Source: an uncultured Anaerolineaceae bacterium (GTDB lineage: Bacteria; Chloroflexota; Anaerolineae; Anaerolineales; Anaerolineaceae). From it: a DNA stretch of 64,000 nt. The stretch covers positions 63,613 through 127,612 of the forward strand of contig CALOAF010000007.1 of the NCBI GenBank assembly GCA_942491385.1. Direction: 5' to 3'. The position numbers and the translations under genes were made by a program. A model generated the notes under the pieces. That model did not search any database, was not told the origin of the DNA, and saw nothing but the letters and a program-made list of their open reading frames with translations. Shown one piece after another: positions 25,340-34,727 of the stretch. Every line of letters begins with the position of its first letter. Within the stretch, counting starts at the first letter, position 1.

Positions 25340-26269
25340 ATGAACTACCATTTTGGTCGGGGTAAATCAAGATTGACCCCTTATTTGCTATTACTCCCTG
25401 GTATAGTTTTCTACTTTGTTATCTCGCTCGGGCCATCCTTAGCTACATCAATCTTCTCTTTAACAGATACAACCGGTCTGAAAGGTGCAACAATAAATTG
25501 GATTGGGTTGGATAACTATAAAGAATTCCTTTTTATGGGACAGGCATCCAAAGATAATTTCGATGCCCTGGGTCGTACGTTAATTTTTTCAGTTTTTGTC
25601 ACCACAATTCAATTCTTATTTGGGTTGATCACAGCGGTTATATTAAACAATCCAAAAATTAGAGGGCGCAACTTCTTTCGAACTCTTTTCTTTATGCCCG
25701 TTATTCTAGGTGCGGTCATTCAAGGTTTGATCTGGTCCCTGTTCCTTTATCCTCTCGGTGGCCCAATGGCGAAGATATTTGAGATTTTTGGTCTTCGCTC
25801 TGAATTTCTGGGTGGTCAACCCACGGAAGCATTTATGTGGGTCATTATCATTCAAATCTGGGCGAATATGGGCATCACCATGATGATCTTCTTATCTGGT
25901 TTACAAACCATACCATCTGAAATGTATGAAGCGGCTGAAATGGATGGTGCAAATAACTGGCAAGTATTTAGGAATGTTACCTGGCCATTGTTAACACCCA
26001 GTGTTAACACAAATTTACTTTTAAATATCATTGTTAGTTTACAAGCCTGGCAGTTATTCCTGATCTTAATTGGTTACCGTAATGGAACTCAAGTCTTAGG
26101 TTATTTGATTTATGCAGTAGGCTTTGGACAAACTTCAGGAAGTGTAACCAGCAGTTTCCGACAAGGGTACGCAGCAGCAGCTTCTATGGTGTTATTCGTT
26201 TTGGTATTAGTGATAGGATTGTCTGTTCAAACCTTCTTAAAACGTCGGGAAGAAAGGATAATGGGATGA
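25340..26269 (+). CDS. Sugar ABC transporter permease (MalF/UgpA-like)
   Basis: A 309-aa protein with six predicted hydrophobic spans. RBS GGAGGAGG. Confidence 0.9.
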   Translation: MNYHFGRGKSRLTPYLLLLPGIVFYFVISLGPSLATSIFSLTDTTGLKGATINWIGLDNYKEFLFMGQASKDNFDALGRTLIFSVFVTTIQFLFGLITAVILNNPKIRGRNFFRTLFFMPVILGAVIQGLIWSLFLYPLGGPMAKIFEIFGLRSEFLGGQPTEAFMWVIIIQIWANMGITMMIFLSGLQTIPSEMYEAAEMDGANNWQVFRNVTWPLLTPSVNTNLLLNIIVSLQAWQLFLILIGYRNGTQVLGYLIYAVGFGQTSGSVTSSFRQGYAAAASMVLFVLVLVIGLSVQTFLKRREERIMG

Positions 26270-27105
26270 AAAACGCTAAAGAATCCAATGGAAAATTAAT
26301 AAACTGGGGGCTTATAGCATCTTATATCTTCTTATTTCTGTTAGTACTGGCTTACCTTGGGCCATTGTTGATGTTGGTGAATACAGCATTAAAAACAATG
26401 CCAGAGTTTATGAAAAATGCAACGGGAATAACAACATCATTAAACTTCAGTAACTTTGCTGATGCATGGGAAAAAGCAAATTTTCCACAATATATTTGGA
26501 ATTCAATCATTTACACATTCACGGCAACCTTTATCTATGTTGTTACGGCTGTTTTTGTGGCGTTTCCAATATCGCGAAAATATGTTAAATTTTCTGGACC
26601 ACTCCTGACCCTTTTTGTTATCGCGTTATTTTTACCGCCTGCGCTCATTCCACAGTTTCGTCTTATCTTAGGTTTGGGTCTTTACAATAATCCGATTGGA
26701 TATATTATGCTGTTTTTGGTCAATCCGATTGGTATTATCATTCTTGTGAATTATATTAAAACCCTTCCATTAGAGTTAGATGAAGCTGCAGCCATGGAAG
26801 GTTGTGGATATTTCCGCTTTGTGTGGTCAATCGTCCTTCCGTTGATTCGACCTGCGATTGCAACTGTCGTTGTCCTTCATGCGATCGGTATATGGAATGA
26901 AATTATTGCACCAACCATTTATCTTACCAATAAAGACTATTATCCAATTACCCGTGGTTTGATCGTCTTCCAGGGTGTGTATGGTAGTAATTGGCCAACA
27001 TTAGCAGCAGCTGTTCTGATGTTGACCTTTCCTATGTTAGTTTTATTCCTGGTTTTGCAACGTCAGATTGTCTCCGGTTTAACAGCTGGCGCAGTTAAAG
27101 GATAA
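26266..27105 (+). CDS. Sugar ABC transporter permease (MalG/UgpE-like)
   Basis: A 279-aa polytopic protein with EAA-like loop LDEAAAMEGCGYFRFVWSIVLPL. ATGA overlap with the preceding permease. Confidence 0.9.
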   Translation: MKNAKESNGKLINWGLIASYIFLFLLVLAYLGPLLMLVNTALKTMPEFMKNATGITTSLNFSNFADAWEKANFPQYIWNSIIYTFTATFIYVVTAVFVAFPISRKYVKFSGPLLTLFVIALFLPPALIPQFRLILGLGLYNNPIGYIMLFLVNPIGIIILVNYIKTLPLELDEAAAMEGCGYFRFVWSIVLPLIRPAIATVVVLHAIGIWNEIIAPTIYLTNKDYYPITRGLIVFQGVYGSNWPTLAAAVLMLTFPMLVLFLVLQRQIVSGLTAGAVKG

Positions 27106-27163
27106 TACAACAACACGATAGAAATTTGACCTCATAAATATCTGGCAATTTTTGGAGTAAAGA

Positions 27164-27982
27164 ATGGATAGAAAACATATTAACATCCTTAAATTAATCT
27201 TGCTTGTGGTATTAATTACAACACTGACCGGCTGTAATTCAAAAGCAGCAGAGATTACACTCCCTCCCGGTTACCAATTGGTATGGAATGATGAATTTGA
27301 TGGTAGATCCATCAATACTAAAAATTGGACCTACGACATTGGCGCTGGTGGATGGGGTAATGGTGAAGCCCAATATTACACAGATCGTTCAGAAAATGCA
27401 CGGATAGAAGATGGCATGTTGGTTATTGAAGCTTTACAAGAAAAATACGAAGATTCATATTACACCTCAGCACGATTAAAAACACAGGGTCTTCAAAATT
27501 TCCAATATGGTCGCATAGAAGCCAGATTAAAAGTACCTGAAGGCAAAGGGTTGTGGCCTGCTTTCTGGATGTTAGGTTCCTCATTTAATGGATCAAATTG
27601 GCCGGATTGTGGTGAGATTGATATTATGGAGTACATCGGAAAAGAACCTGATCTCATTATGGGTACTGCTCATGGTCCAGGGTACTCGGGAGCGCTTGGC
27701 ATTGGGCAATGGAATCGGCAAACTTTCAATATCGCTGATGATTTTCATACCTATGCCATCGAATGGGAAGAAGGAAAGATCGATTGGTTTTTTGATGGTG
27801 AGTTGTATCATACAGTCACTTATGCTGATGTTGGAGATCGTGAATGGGTTTTTGATCAGCCGTTCTTCATTATTTTAAACCTTGCTCTTGGTGGACAATT
27901 ACCTGGACCGATTGGGTTGGATGTTGTATTTCCAAAACAATACCTGGTAGATTATGTCCGTGTCTTCCAAAAAATTAATTAA
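27164..27982 (+). CDS. GH16 endo-beta-1,3(4)-glucanase (laminarinase-type), lipoprotein
   Basis: Lipobox LTGCNS. GH16 blocks WNDEFDG and WPAFWMLG, with catalytic GEIDIMEY. Confidence 0.9.
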   Translation: MDRKHINILKLILLVVLITTLTGCNSKAAEITLPPGYQLVWNDEFDGRSINTKNWTYDIGAGGWGNGEAQYYTDRSENARIEDGMLVIEALQEKYEDSYYTSARLKTQGLQNFQYGRIEARLKVPEGKGLWPAFWMLGSSFNGSNWPDCGEIDIMEYIGKEPDLIMGTAHGPGYSGALGIGQWNRQTFNIADDFHTYAIEWEEGKIDWFFDGELYHTVTYADVGDREWVFDQPFFIILNLALGGQLPGPIGLDVVFPKQYLVDYVRVFQKIN

Positions 27983-28027
27983 TCAAGCGAAAAACAGATA
28001 TGGCACTCAGTCTGCTGAGTTTTTGGT

Positions 28028-28840
28028 ATGACACAAGAAAAAGAAGCAAGCGTAAAAAGAAATAAAGAAATATTTTTTGAGGATTTCACCAGTGACCGGA
28101 TAAATCGCGATCATTGGAATATTATGGTCACTGGTGATATTTTCAACCATGAACAACAAGCATACGTTGACTCATCAGAAACAGTATACACAGAACCAGG
28201 GGATCCGACAGATGCAAATGGTGTTTTGGTGTTGCACCCAAGATATCATCCCAACCACATCACCAGGGAAGGTAAATCTTTTGATTTCATTTCCGGACGA
28301 ATAGACACAAAGGGAAAGTTTGAATTTCTTCATGGCAAAATCTCAGCAAGAATTAAAATGTCATCCGGCCCTGGTTTATGGCCAGCATTCTGGCTTATTG
28401 GGCAAGGGTCATGGCCAGGCTGTGGAGAAATAGATATTATGGAGTATGTTGGTGAACAGGATTGGATCAGTTCTGCAGTGCATGGAAAAGGATATTCTGG
28501 AGATGCAGCACTGGTAAATTATTACTATTTTCCTACTTACAATGACGTTACAAATTGGCATGTTTATTCATTAAATTTACATCAAGATAGAAGTATGGAA
28601 TTTTATGTTGATGATAAGTTAGTTTATCGGGTAACAAAACCAATGATTGAATATTTTAGTCCATGGATTTTTGATCAACCTAAAAGTATAGTTATTAATT
28701 TTGCAATCGGTGGTGGATATCCTTATAAAACCAATGGTTTAAAGAAACCATATTATGGATTACCTGAGGAAACTGTTACAGCAATTCAAAAAAATGAAGT
28801 TCGTTATTTGATTGATTGGGTAAGAATATCTCAATCTTAA
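28028..28840 (+). CDS. GH16 beta-glucanase paralog without signal peptide (predicted cytoplasmic)
   Basis: GH16 blocks WPAFWLIG and GEIDIMEY. The N-terminus MTQEKEASVKRNKE is hydrophilic. Confidence 0.85.
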   Translation: MTQEKEASVKRNKEIFFEDFTSDRINRDHWNIMVTGDIFNHEQQAYVDSSETVYTEPGDPTDANGVLVLHPRYHPNHITREGKSFDFISGRIDTKGKFEFLHGKISARIKMSSGPGLWPAFWLIGQGSWPGCGEIDIMEYVGEQDWISSAVHGKGYSGDAALVNYYYFPTYNDVTNWHVYSLNLHQDRSMEFYVDDKLVYRVTKPMIEYFSPWIFDQPKSIVINFAIGGGYPYKTNGLKKPYYGLPEETVTAIQKNEVRYLIDWVRISQS

Positions 28841-28865
28841 TAATTTAAGGTTATATGGAGTTAAC

Positions 28866-30842
28866 ATGAACAAAGATTTGCGTCGAAATTGGATCAAGGA
28901 CACATTACAACAAGAACCAACCATTGACACAACTGGAGAATTTATAAATATTCAAAATGAAAAATTTTATAAGATCTCCAATTCTGATGTGTTGTCTCCT
29001 TTTTTCATTAACCTGGTAAGCAGTTCTAACCATTGGTTTTTTATAGGTTCAACAGGTGGGTTATCTGCTGGCCGTGTCAGTGCTGAACAGGCTCTTTTCC
29101 CTTATTACACGGAAGATAAAATAAATGATAATTACGATAATACTGGTAGCAAGACCATATTTCGAATTTTTCATGACAATCAAACCTGGTTATGGGAACC
29201 ATTTTCTGCTCGTCAATGTGGAAAGTATCTGATTGAAAGAAATTTATTTAAGAATATACCTGGCACAAAATTAATTTTTGAAGAAATTAATAAAAGCCTA
29301 AATTTAACATTTACGACCTCCTGGTTCACCGGTGAAAAATTTGGTTTTGTGAAAACCTCTTCTCTAAAGAGCTCGAACATTTCAGAATCTTGTATTCAAA
29401 TCGAATTGTTAGATGGTTTGCAGAATGTTCTGCCTGCAAATGTTTCTTCAGCGACACAGAATACCTTAAGCTGCTTATTGGATGCTTATAAACGCAGTGA
29501 ATTAGATCTTGAAACAGGTTTGGGTATCTATACATTAAATGCTACTTTGACTGATTTAGCTGAACCGAGTGAATCGTTATTGGCGACGACAATTTTTCAG
29601 GTTGGATTAGAGCCGGTTAACCACTTACTCTCTTCCAATCAATTAGAAGATTTTAGAGATGGAAATGAAATAGCACCAGAAGTAGATGTATGTGGCCACC
29701 GTGGCGCATATTTTATCCATGCTAAATTGACCTTGCTACCTGGGGAGGAAACATCCTGGTATTTTGTGGCTGATGTTCAACAAGATGCCGCAGACATTGT
29801 AGACTTGATCCATCATCTCTGGAAAGAACCTACTGATCTTACCCTGGAAATTGAGCAAGATATAAATGCCAACACTCGCCAATTGGAAAAAATTGTTGCC
29901 GGCGCTGATGGCTTACAGTTAAGTGCTAATGTTCTTCGAACTTCACATCATTTTTCGAATGTTATGTTTAATTTGATGCGCGGTGGTACCTTTGCCGACC
30001 AGTATTGGATTGACAGCGCTGATTTTTCTGAGTTTGTTGCGAACCATCATCACCAAGTGCATAAGACACATTCTGAATTCTTAGAGGATTTGCCTGAGAA
30101 AATCCATGTTTGGGACTTACATACCCGATTACAGAGTCAGGTTTCAACTGATCTCATCCGGCTGGGCTACATCTATTTGCCATTGACTTTTAGTCGTCGA
30201 CATGGAGATCCCAGTCGACCCTGGAATAAGTTTACGATCAATCTAAAAAAACCGGATGGATCTGTGCGCCTGGACTATGAAGGGAACTGGCGTGATATTT
30301 TCCAGAATTGGGAAGCATTGTCGTATTCCTACCCAGAATTTGTGGAAGGAATGATCTTCACTTTTCTGAGCGCTACCACAGCTGATGGATACAATCCATA
30401 CCGTATCACACGATCAGGTCTGGATTGGGAAACACCGGAACCAGGAAATCCATGGGCGAACATTGGCTATTGGAGTGACCACCAGATTATTTACCTCTTA
30501 AAGTTAATGGAAATCAGTGCAAAGGTCCATCCAGGTCGATTGAGCGACTTCCTGGGAACGCACATCCTGAGCTTTGCGAATATTCCTTACCGAATCAAAC
30601 CTTATTCTGACCTACTGGAGGATCCGTATAACACCATCCATTTTGATGATGCTTTGGAAGACGAGATTGGTGAAAGAGTTAAATCTTTTGGTACAGATGG
30701 AAAATTAATCTTTGATTCAGAAGGTCAGGTTTTACATCGCTCCCTTGGGGAAAAATTACTCATTTTACTCTTAGCAAAGTTGGTTAACTTTGTCCCTGAG
30801 GGCGGAATCTGGATGAATACACAACGCCCGGAAGTGGAATGA
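28866..30842 (+). CDS. N-terminal 658 aa of a large candidate glycoside phosphorylase/hydrolase, truncated by an apparent 1-nt frameshift
   Basis: No signal peptide. Motifs RRHGDPSRPWNKF, NWRDIFQNWEAL and ADGYNPYRI. The ORF ends ...NTQRPEVE* while the +1 frame continues WNDANNALVG. Confidence 0.7.
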   Translation: MNKDLRRNWIKDTLQQEPTIDTTGEFINIQNEKFYKISNSDVLSPFFINLVSSSNHWFFIGSTGGLSAGRVSAEQALFPYYTEDKINDNYDNTGSKTIFRIFHDNQTWLWEPFSARQCGKYLIERNLFKNIPGTKLIFEEINKSLNLTFTTSWFTGEKFGFVKTSSLKSSNISESCIQIELLDGLQNVLPANVSSATQNTLSCLLDAYKRSELDLETGLGIYTLNATLTDLAEPSESLLATTIFQVGLEPVNHLLSSNQLEDFRDGNEIAPEVDVCGHRGAYFIHAKLTLLPGEETSWYFVADVQQDAADIVDLIHHLWKEPTDLTLEIEQDINANTRQLEKIVAGADGLQLSANVLRTSHHFSNVMFNLMRGGTFADQYWIDSADFSEFVANHHHQVHKTHSEFLEDLPEKIHVWDLHTRLQSQVSTDLIRLGYIYLPLTFSRRHGDPSRPWNKFTINLKKPDGSVRLDYEGNWRDIFQNWEALSYSYPEFVEGMIFTFLSATTADGYNPYRITRSGLDWETPEPGNPWANIGYWSDHQIIYLLKLMEISAKVHPGRLSDFLGTHILSFANIPYRIKPYSDLLEDPYNTIHFDDALEDEIGERVKSFGTDGKLIFDSEGQVLHRSLGEKLLILLLAKLVNFVPEGGIWMNTQRPEVE

Positions 30843-30879
30843 TGCCAATAATGCGCTGGTTGGCAAGGGGTTATCTGTC

Positions 30880-32325
30880 GTGACCCTGGGTTATTTGCGC
30901 CGTTATATTGTTTTTTGTCGGGAATTGCTGAGTCAGAAATCCGCTTTCAATTTAAGCATCAGCGAAGAAGTTGCTATGCTTTTTATCCAGATTAATGAGA
31001 TCTTACAGCTGTTTTCTCCTAACCTGGCAACAGTATTTGTTGACCAACAACGTCGCGCCATGATGGATGCGCTTGGGCAGGCTGGTAGCGAATATCGCTG
31101 GAAAATATACTTGCAGAATTTCTCAGGAAATTTGACGTCGATAAGAAGTAAGGACTTGCTCGAATTCTTAGACCTGGCGCAACAATTTATTGAACATTCC
31201 TTGCGTGCAAACAAGCGCTCTGACCAGCTTTATCACACTTATAACATTTTAAACATAAGTAAAAATAATGCCAGCATCAGCCATCTAAAGGAAATGCTGG
31301 AGGGTCAGGTTTCTATCCTTTCTTCAGGATTGCTTTCCGGGGATGAATCGCTTGCACTTTTGCAAAGTTTACGGAAAAGCGCTCTCTTCCGAGAAGATCA
31401 GAACACTTACATATTATATCCAGATAAACCCCAACCGGGTTTTCTATCTAAAAATTCTATTTCAATTGACCGAATAGGAGAATTGCGCCTACCGGCTATT
31501 CTGGCAAAAATGCAGGATAAAACATTGCTTGTTAGAGACCTGGATGGAATGTATCATTTTGGCGGACAACTGCACAATGCCAAAGATGTGTATAAAGCTT
31601 TGGAAAATCTGGCAAAAAAACCAGAATTGACAGAAATGGTCGTTTCAGAAGGAGAAAAAATAGCAGCCTTATTTGAGGATGTATTCCATCACGCCGAGTT
31701 TACAGGACGTTCTGGAAAATTCTTTGCTTACGAAGGGCTCGGGAGTGTCTACTGGCACATGGTTTCGAAGTTACTGCTGGCTGTTCAGGAAACCGCATTG
31801 AAATACCATTTCGACTCTTCCTCAGTCGAATTAATAGAAAAATATAAGGATATTCGTGCGGGTCTGGGACTATATAAATCTCCAGCTGAATTTGGTGCAT
31901 TTCCAACAGATCCATATTCACATACACCCAAAGGGCAGGGGGCAAAACAGCCTGGTATGACAGGGTTGGTGAAAGAAGAAATCATCGCAAGACTGGCTGA
32001 GGTTGGATTGGTGATCAAAAATGGATGCCTTGCATTCAATGCGCTGTTATTTGACCCCAGCGAACTTTTATTGGAAGCAAAGACGATCCAATACCAGGAT
32101 ATCAATGCAAAATCCCAACAAATCCAATTACCAGCTGGCTGCTTAGCATTCACTTGTTGTGGGGTGCCAATTGTGATACAACAAGCTAAAAAATCTGGAG
32201 TTGAAGTTTTCCTGAATGGTGGAAAAACACAAACAATTGAAGGTGATTGCCTCGATGAAATCAACAGCCAGCACATTTTCCAGCGTGATGGCATTGTGCA
32301 TCATCTCTGGGTGAAGCTAAACTGA
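30880..32325 (+). CDS. C-terminal 481+ aa of the same protein (frame open from 30817)
   Basis: The frame of this ORF reads back to 30817 and encodes (K)WNDANNALVGKGLSVVTLGYLRRY. Skipping G at 30834 joins the two frames to give ...QRPEWNDANNALVG... Confidence 0.7.
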   Translation: MTLGYLRRYIVFCRELLSQKSAFNLSISEEVAMLFIQINEILQLFSPNLATVFVDQQRRAMMDALGQAGSEYRWKIYLQNFSGNLTSIRSKDLLEFLDLAQQFIEHSLRANKRSDQLYHTYNILNISKNNASISHLKEMLEGQVSILSSGLLSGDESLALLQSLRKSALFREDQNTYILYPDKPQPGFLSKNSISIDRIGELRLPAILAKMQDKTLLVRDLDGMYHFGGQLHNAKDVYKALENLAKKPELTEMVVSEGEKIAALFEDVFHHAEFTGRSGKFFAYEGLGSVYWHMVSKLLLAVQETALKYHFDSSSVELIEKYKDIRAGLGLYKSPAEFGAFPTDPYSHTPKGQGAKQPGMTGLVKEEIIARLAEVGLVIKNGCLAFNALLFDPSELLLEAKTIQYQDINAKSQQIQLPAGCLAFTCCGVPIVIQQAKKSGVEVFLNGGKTQTIEGDCLDEINSQHIFQRDGIVHHLWVKLN

Positions 32326-32376
32326 TCATCGATCTGAAATAAGCATTCAGAAGATATCACTGTTTTAATAGATGGT

Positions 32377-32458
32377 GGGGGGGGAGAGGAAAGAAAAAGA
32401 AGAAAGAGGGAAGGGGGGTGGAGAGAGAAGGAGGGAGGGGGGGGGGGGAGGGGGGGGG
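32377..32458 (+). repeat. Polypurine, G-run-rich tract (81 of 82 nt purine on the + strand)
   Basis: Direct reading: G8 (32377-32384), GA-rich filler, G6 (32413-32418), G12 (32437-32448) and G9 (32450-32458). The single pyrimidine is T at 32419. Confidence 0.9.
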
Positions 32459-32853
32459 TTGGGTGATGTGGTCTTTCTCATTAATCAGAATAATTTTTTT
32501 TCTGAGTGATTCAAGTTAATCGAATTGAAATCCCAGTATTATGGAAAGCAATCTCAAGAACTTGTTCCCATTATCTAAGTAAATTGAACATGTAGAAGGA
32601 TGATAAATCACTTTTTGATTCATCATGATGATTATTCTCCTTAGAATATTCGAGTAAAGTGGTACAGCAGTGGACTTTTTCGATATTGCAATATTAATCC
32701 CCATCATTTCAGAAATTGAAAAAAATTCGAAAAAACAACCAAATTCCAAATCGATATTCCGATCCCATATTTCCACTATAATTACATCAGACGGATGGTT
32801 GGTGAAATAGGGTGCGGGGTGAAAACAATTCTTATTATTTAACCGAGGTGAAT

Positions 32854-34665
32854 ATGGAAGCAAATCAAGTGTTGAATCGTGCTGAAGTTCCTGTGGAACA
32901 AACCTGGAACCTGGTTACCATCTTTCCGTCCCTGGAAGCATGGGAGCAGGCTTTGCAGGGTATAGATGCAAAAATAGACCAGATCATTCCTTTTAGAAAT
33001 AAATTATCACAAAGCGCACAACAATTATTCAAATGTCTACAGGTGACTGAGCGAGTTAGCCGTGAGATGGAGAAAATTTTCCTGTATGCCAGTTTAGGCA
33101 GCGCGGTGGATATTGGCGACCAGGCTGCCCAAGCCCGAGCGGTACAGGCACGCGGAAAGTATGCCCGATTACATGCCACTACCGCTTTCATCGAACCTGA
33201 ATTAATCGCTATCGGATTTCCAACTTTACGAGAATGGGTTCAACAAGATCAGGATTTGGCCCTGTACAAAACCTATTTTGATCAATTAGAACGCAAGCAG
33301 AGCAAAGTCAGGTCCTTCGAGGTTGAAAATGTGATGGCGATGGCTTCGGAACCGTTAAGCACAGTGGTTCAGGCTTATAACAGCCTGACCAATGCAGATA
33401 TCAAATTTGAGCCAGCCAAAGACCAAACAGGTGCGTCATATCCCATTGAGCAGGGGAATTATGGTGCTTTGATCAGCCATGCAGATCGAAAGGTGAGAAA
33501 GACAGCCTGGGAAAACTATCACGATGGTTTTCTGAAAATGAAAAACACGCTGGCTGGCTTGCAGATTGCAGGACTCCAGAAGGATATCCTCTTCGCTAAT
33601 GTGCATGGTTTCAATAACAGCCTGGAGGCATCTTTATTCCCGAATAATATTCCTGAAGAGGTTTTTTACAACCTGATCGATGTGTTTCGCAAACATCTTC
33701 CCACCTGGCATAAATATTGGCGCATACGCAAACAATGGCTGGGGTTGGATGACTTCCAGGAATATGATATCAAAGCACCATTAACTTCGCAAAAACCCGT
33801 GGTTTCCTATCAACAAGCCATCGAATGGATCACAGAGGGAATGAAACCATTAGGGGAAAAATATGTGGGCATTATGAATAAAGGCGCTACCACAGAGCGC
33901 TGGGTCGATTGGGCTGTCAATCAGGGCAAACGCCAGGGAGCCTTTTCCAGTGGGGTCTATGATACCAGTCCCTTTATCATGATGAGTTACAACGATGATG
34001 TTTTCAGTTTGAGTACTCTGGCACATGAACTCGGACATTCCATGCACTCCTACTACACCAAACATACCCAACCCTATATCCATGGTCGCTATGCTTTGTT
34101 CGTGGCGGAAGTGGCATCGAATTTTAATCAGGCGTTGGTACGTGATTATTTACTGCGCACCCAGACTGATCCGCTTTTCCAATTGGCATTGATTGAAGAA
34201 GCCATGTCGAATTTCCACCGCTATTTCTTCATCATGCCCACCTTAGCACAATGGGAATTGGATATGCATCAGCGTCTTGAAAAAGGCAAGGCGATGAATG
34301 CCAAAGTAATGATTGACCGTTGTGCAGAGTTGTTCCAGGAAGGTTATGGTGACGAAGTTGCCTTTGACCATGACCGCATCGGGATCACCTGGTCACAATT
34401 CAGCCATATGTATATGAATTATTATGTCTATCAATATGCAACGGGTATTTCAGGAGCGCATGCCCTGGCCGAGAATATTCTGGCAGGTGAGTCTGGTGCT
34501 GTGGATCGCTATCTCACATTCCTGAGCGCCGGTAATTCCGTCTATCCTCTGGATGCGTTAAAGGCTGCCGGTGTGGATCTAACTCAATCCGATCCGGTCG
34601 AAAAAGCATTCAATTACCTTGGTAGCATCGTTGATCGCATGGAAGGATTATTAGCAGCAAAATAA
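32854..34665 (+). CDS. pepF: Oligoendopeptidase F (M3B family)
   Basis: Zinc motif HELGHSMH with length and pattern typical of PepF. The ATG at 32854 is preceded by GAGGTG. Confidence 0.9.
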   Translation: MEANQVLNRAEVPVEQTWNLVTIFPSLEAWEQALQGIDAKIDQIIPFRNKLSQSAQQLFKCLQVTERVSREMEKIFLYASLGSAVDIGDQAAQARAVQARGKYARLHATTAFIEPELIAIGFPTLREWVQQDQDLALYKTYFDQLERKQSKVRSFEVENVMAMASEPLSTVVQAYNSLTNADIKFEPAKDQTGASYPIEQGNYGALISHADRKVRKTAWENYHDGFLKMKNTLAGLQIAGLQKDILFANVHGFNNSLEASLFPNNIPEEVFYNLIDVFRKHLPTWHKYWRIRKQWLGLDDFQEYDIKAPLTSQKPVVSYQQAIEWITEGMKPLGEKYVGIMNKGATTERWVDWAVNQGKRQGAFSSGVYDTSPFIMMSYNDDVFSLSTLAHELGHSMHSYYTKHTQPYIHGRYALFVAEVASNFNQALVRDYLLRTQTDPLFQLALIEEAMSNFHRYFFIMPTLAQWELDMHQRLEKGKAMNAKVMIDRCAELFQEGYGDEVAFDHDRIGITWSQFSHMYMNYYVYQYATGISGAHALAENILAGESGAVDRYLTFLSAGNSVYPLDALKAAGVDLTQSDPVEKAFNYLGSIVDRMEGLLAAK

Positions 34666-34680
34666 TCAAGTGATTTCCAA

Positions 34681-34727
34681 AAAACCCAAACCAAAGGACT
34701 CAAACCCGGTGTTTGGGTTTTTATTTT
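34681..34727. terminator. Possible bidirectional terminator between convergent genes
   Basis: AAAACCCAAAC ... GTTTGGGTTTT arms with a long loop, or an inner ACCC/GGGT stem. The arms are flanked by an A-run and TTTTTATTTT. It overlaps the stop of the minus-strand gene. Confidence 0.4.

Noticed and set aside
30817-30842. Programmed ribosomal frameshift joining the two halves of the large glucan-locus protein
   Set aside because: No slippery heptamer, no RF2-like CUU-UGA context and no obvious stimulatory SD or hairpin were seen. A simple 1-nt indel or a sequencing error is more parsimonious.
31785-32294. A 169-aa antisense ORF within the C-terminal half of the large glucan-locus gene. Others of the same kind are at 36404-36802, 46580-46996, 50878-51246 and 61821-62222.
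   Set aside because: All are embedded in stronger opposite-strand genes and lack motifs or RBS.
32516-32863. A 115-aa minus-strand ORF in the AT-rich spacer between the polypurine tract and pepF
   Set aside because: It has no RBS and no recognisable motif, and its composition is low-complexity and AT-driven. Its 5' end overlaps the pepF start region. It is most likely non-coding.
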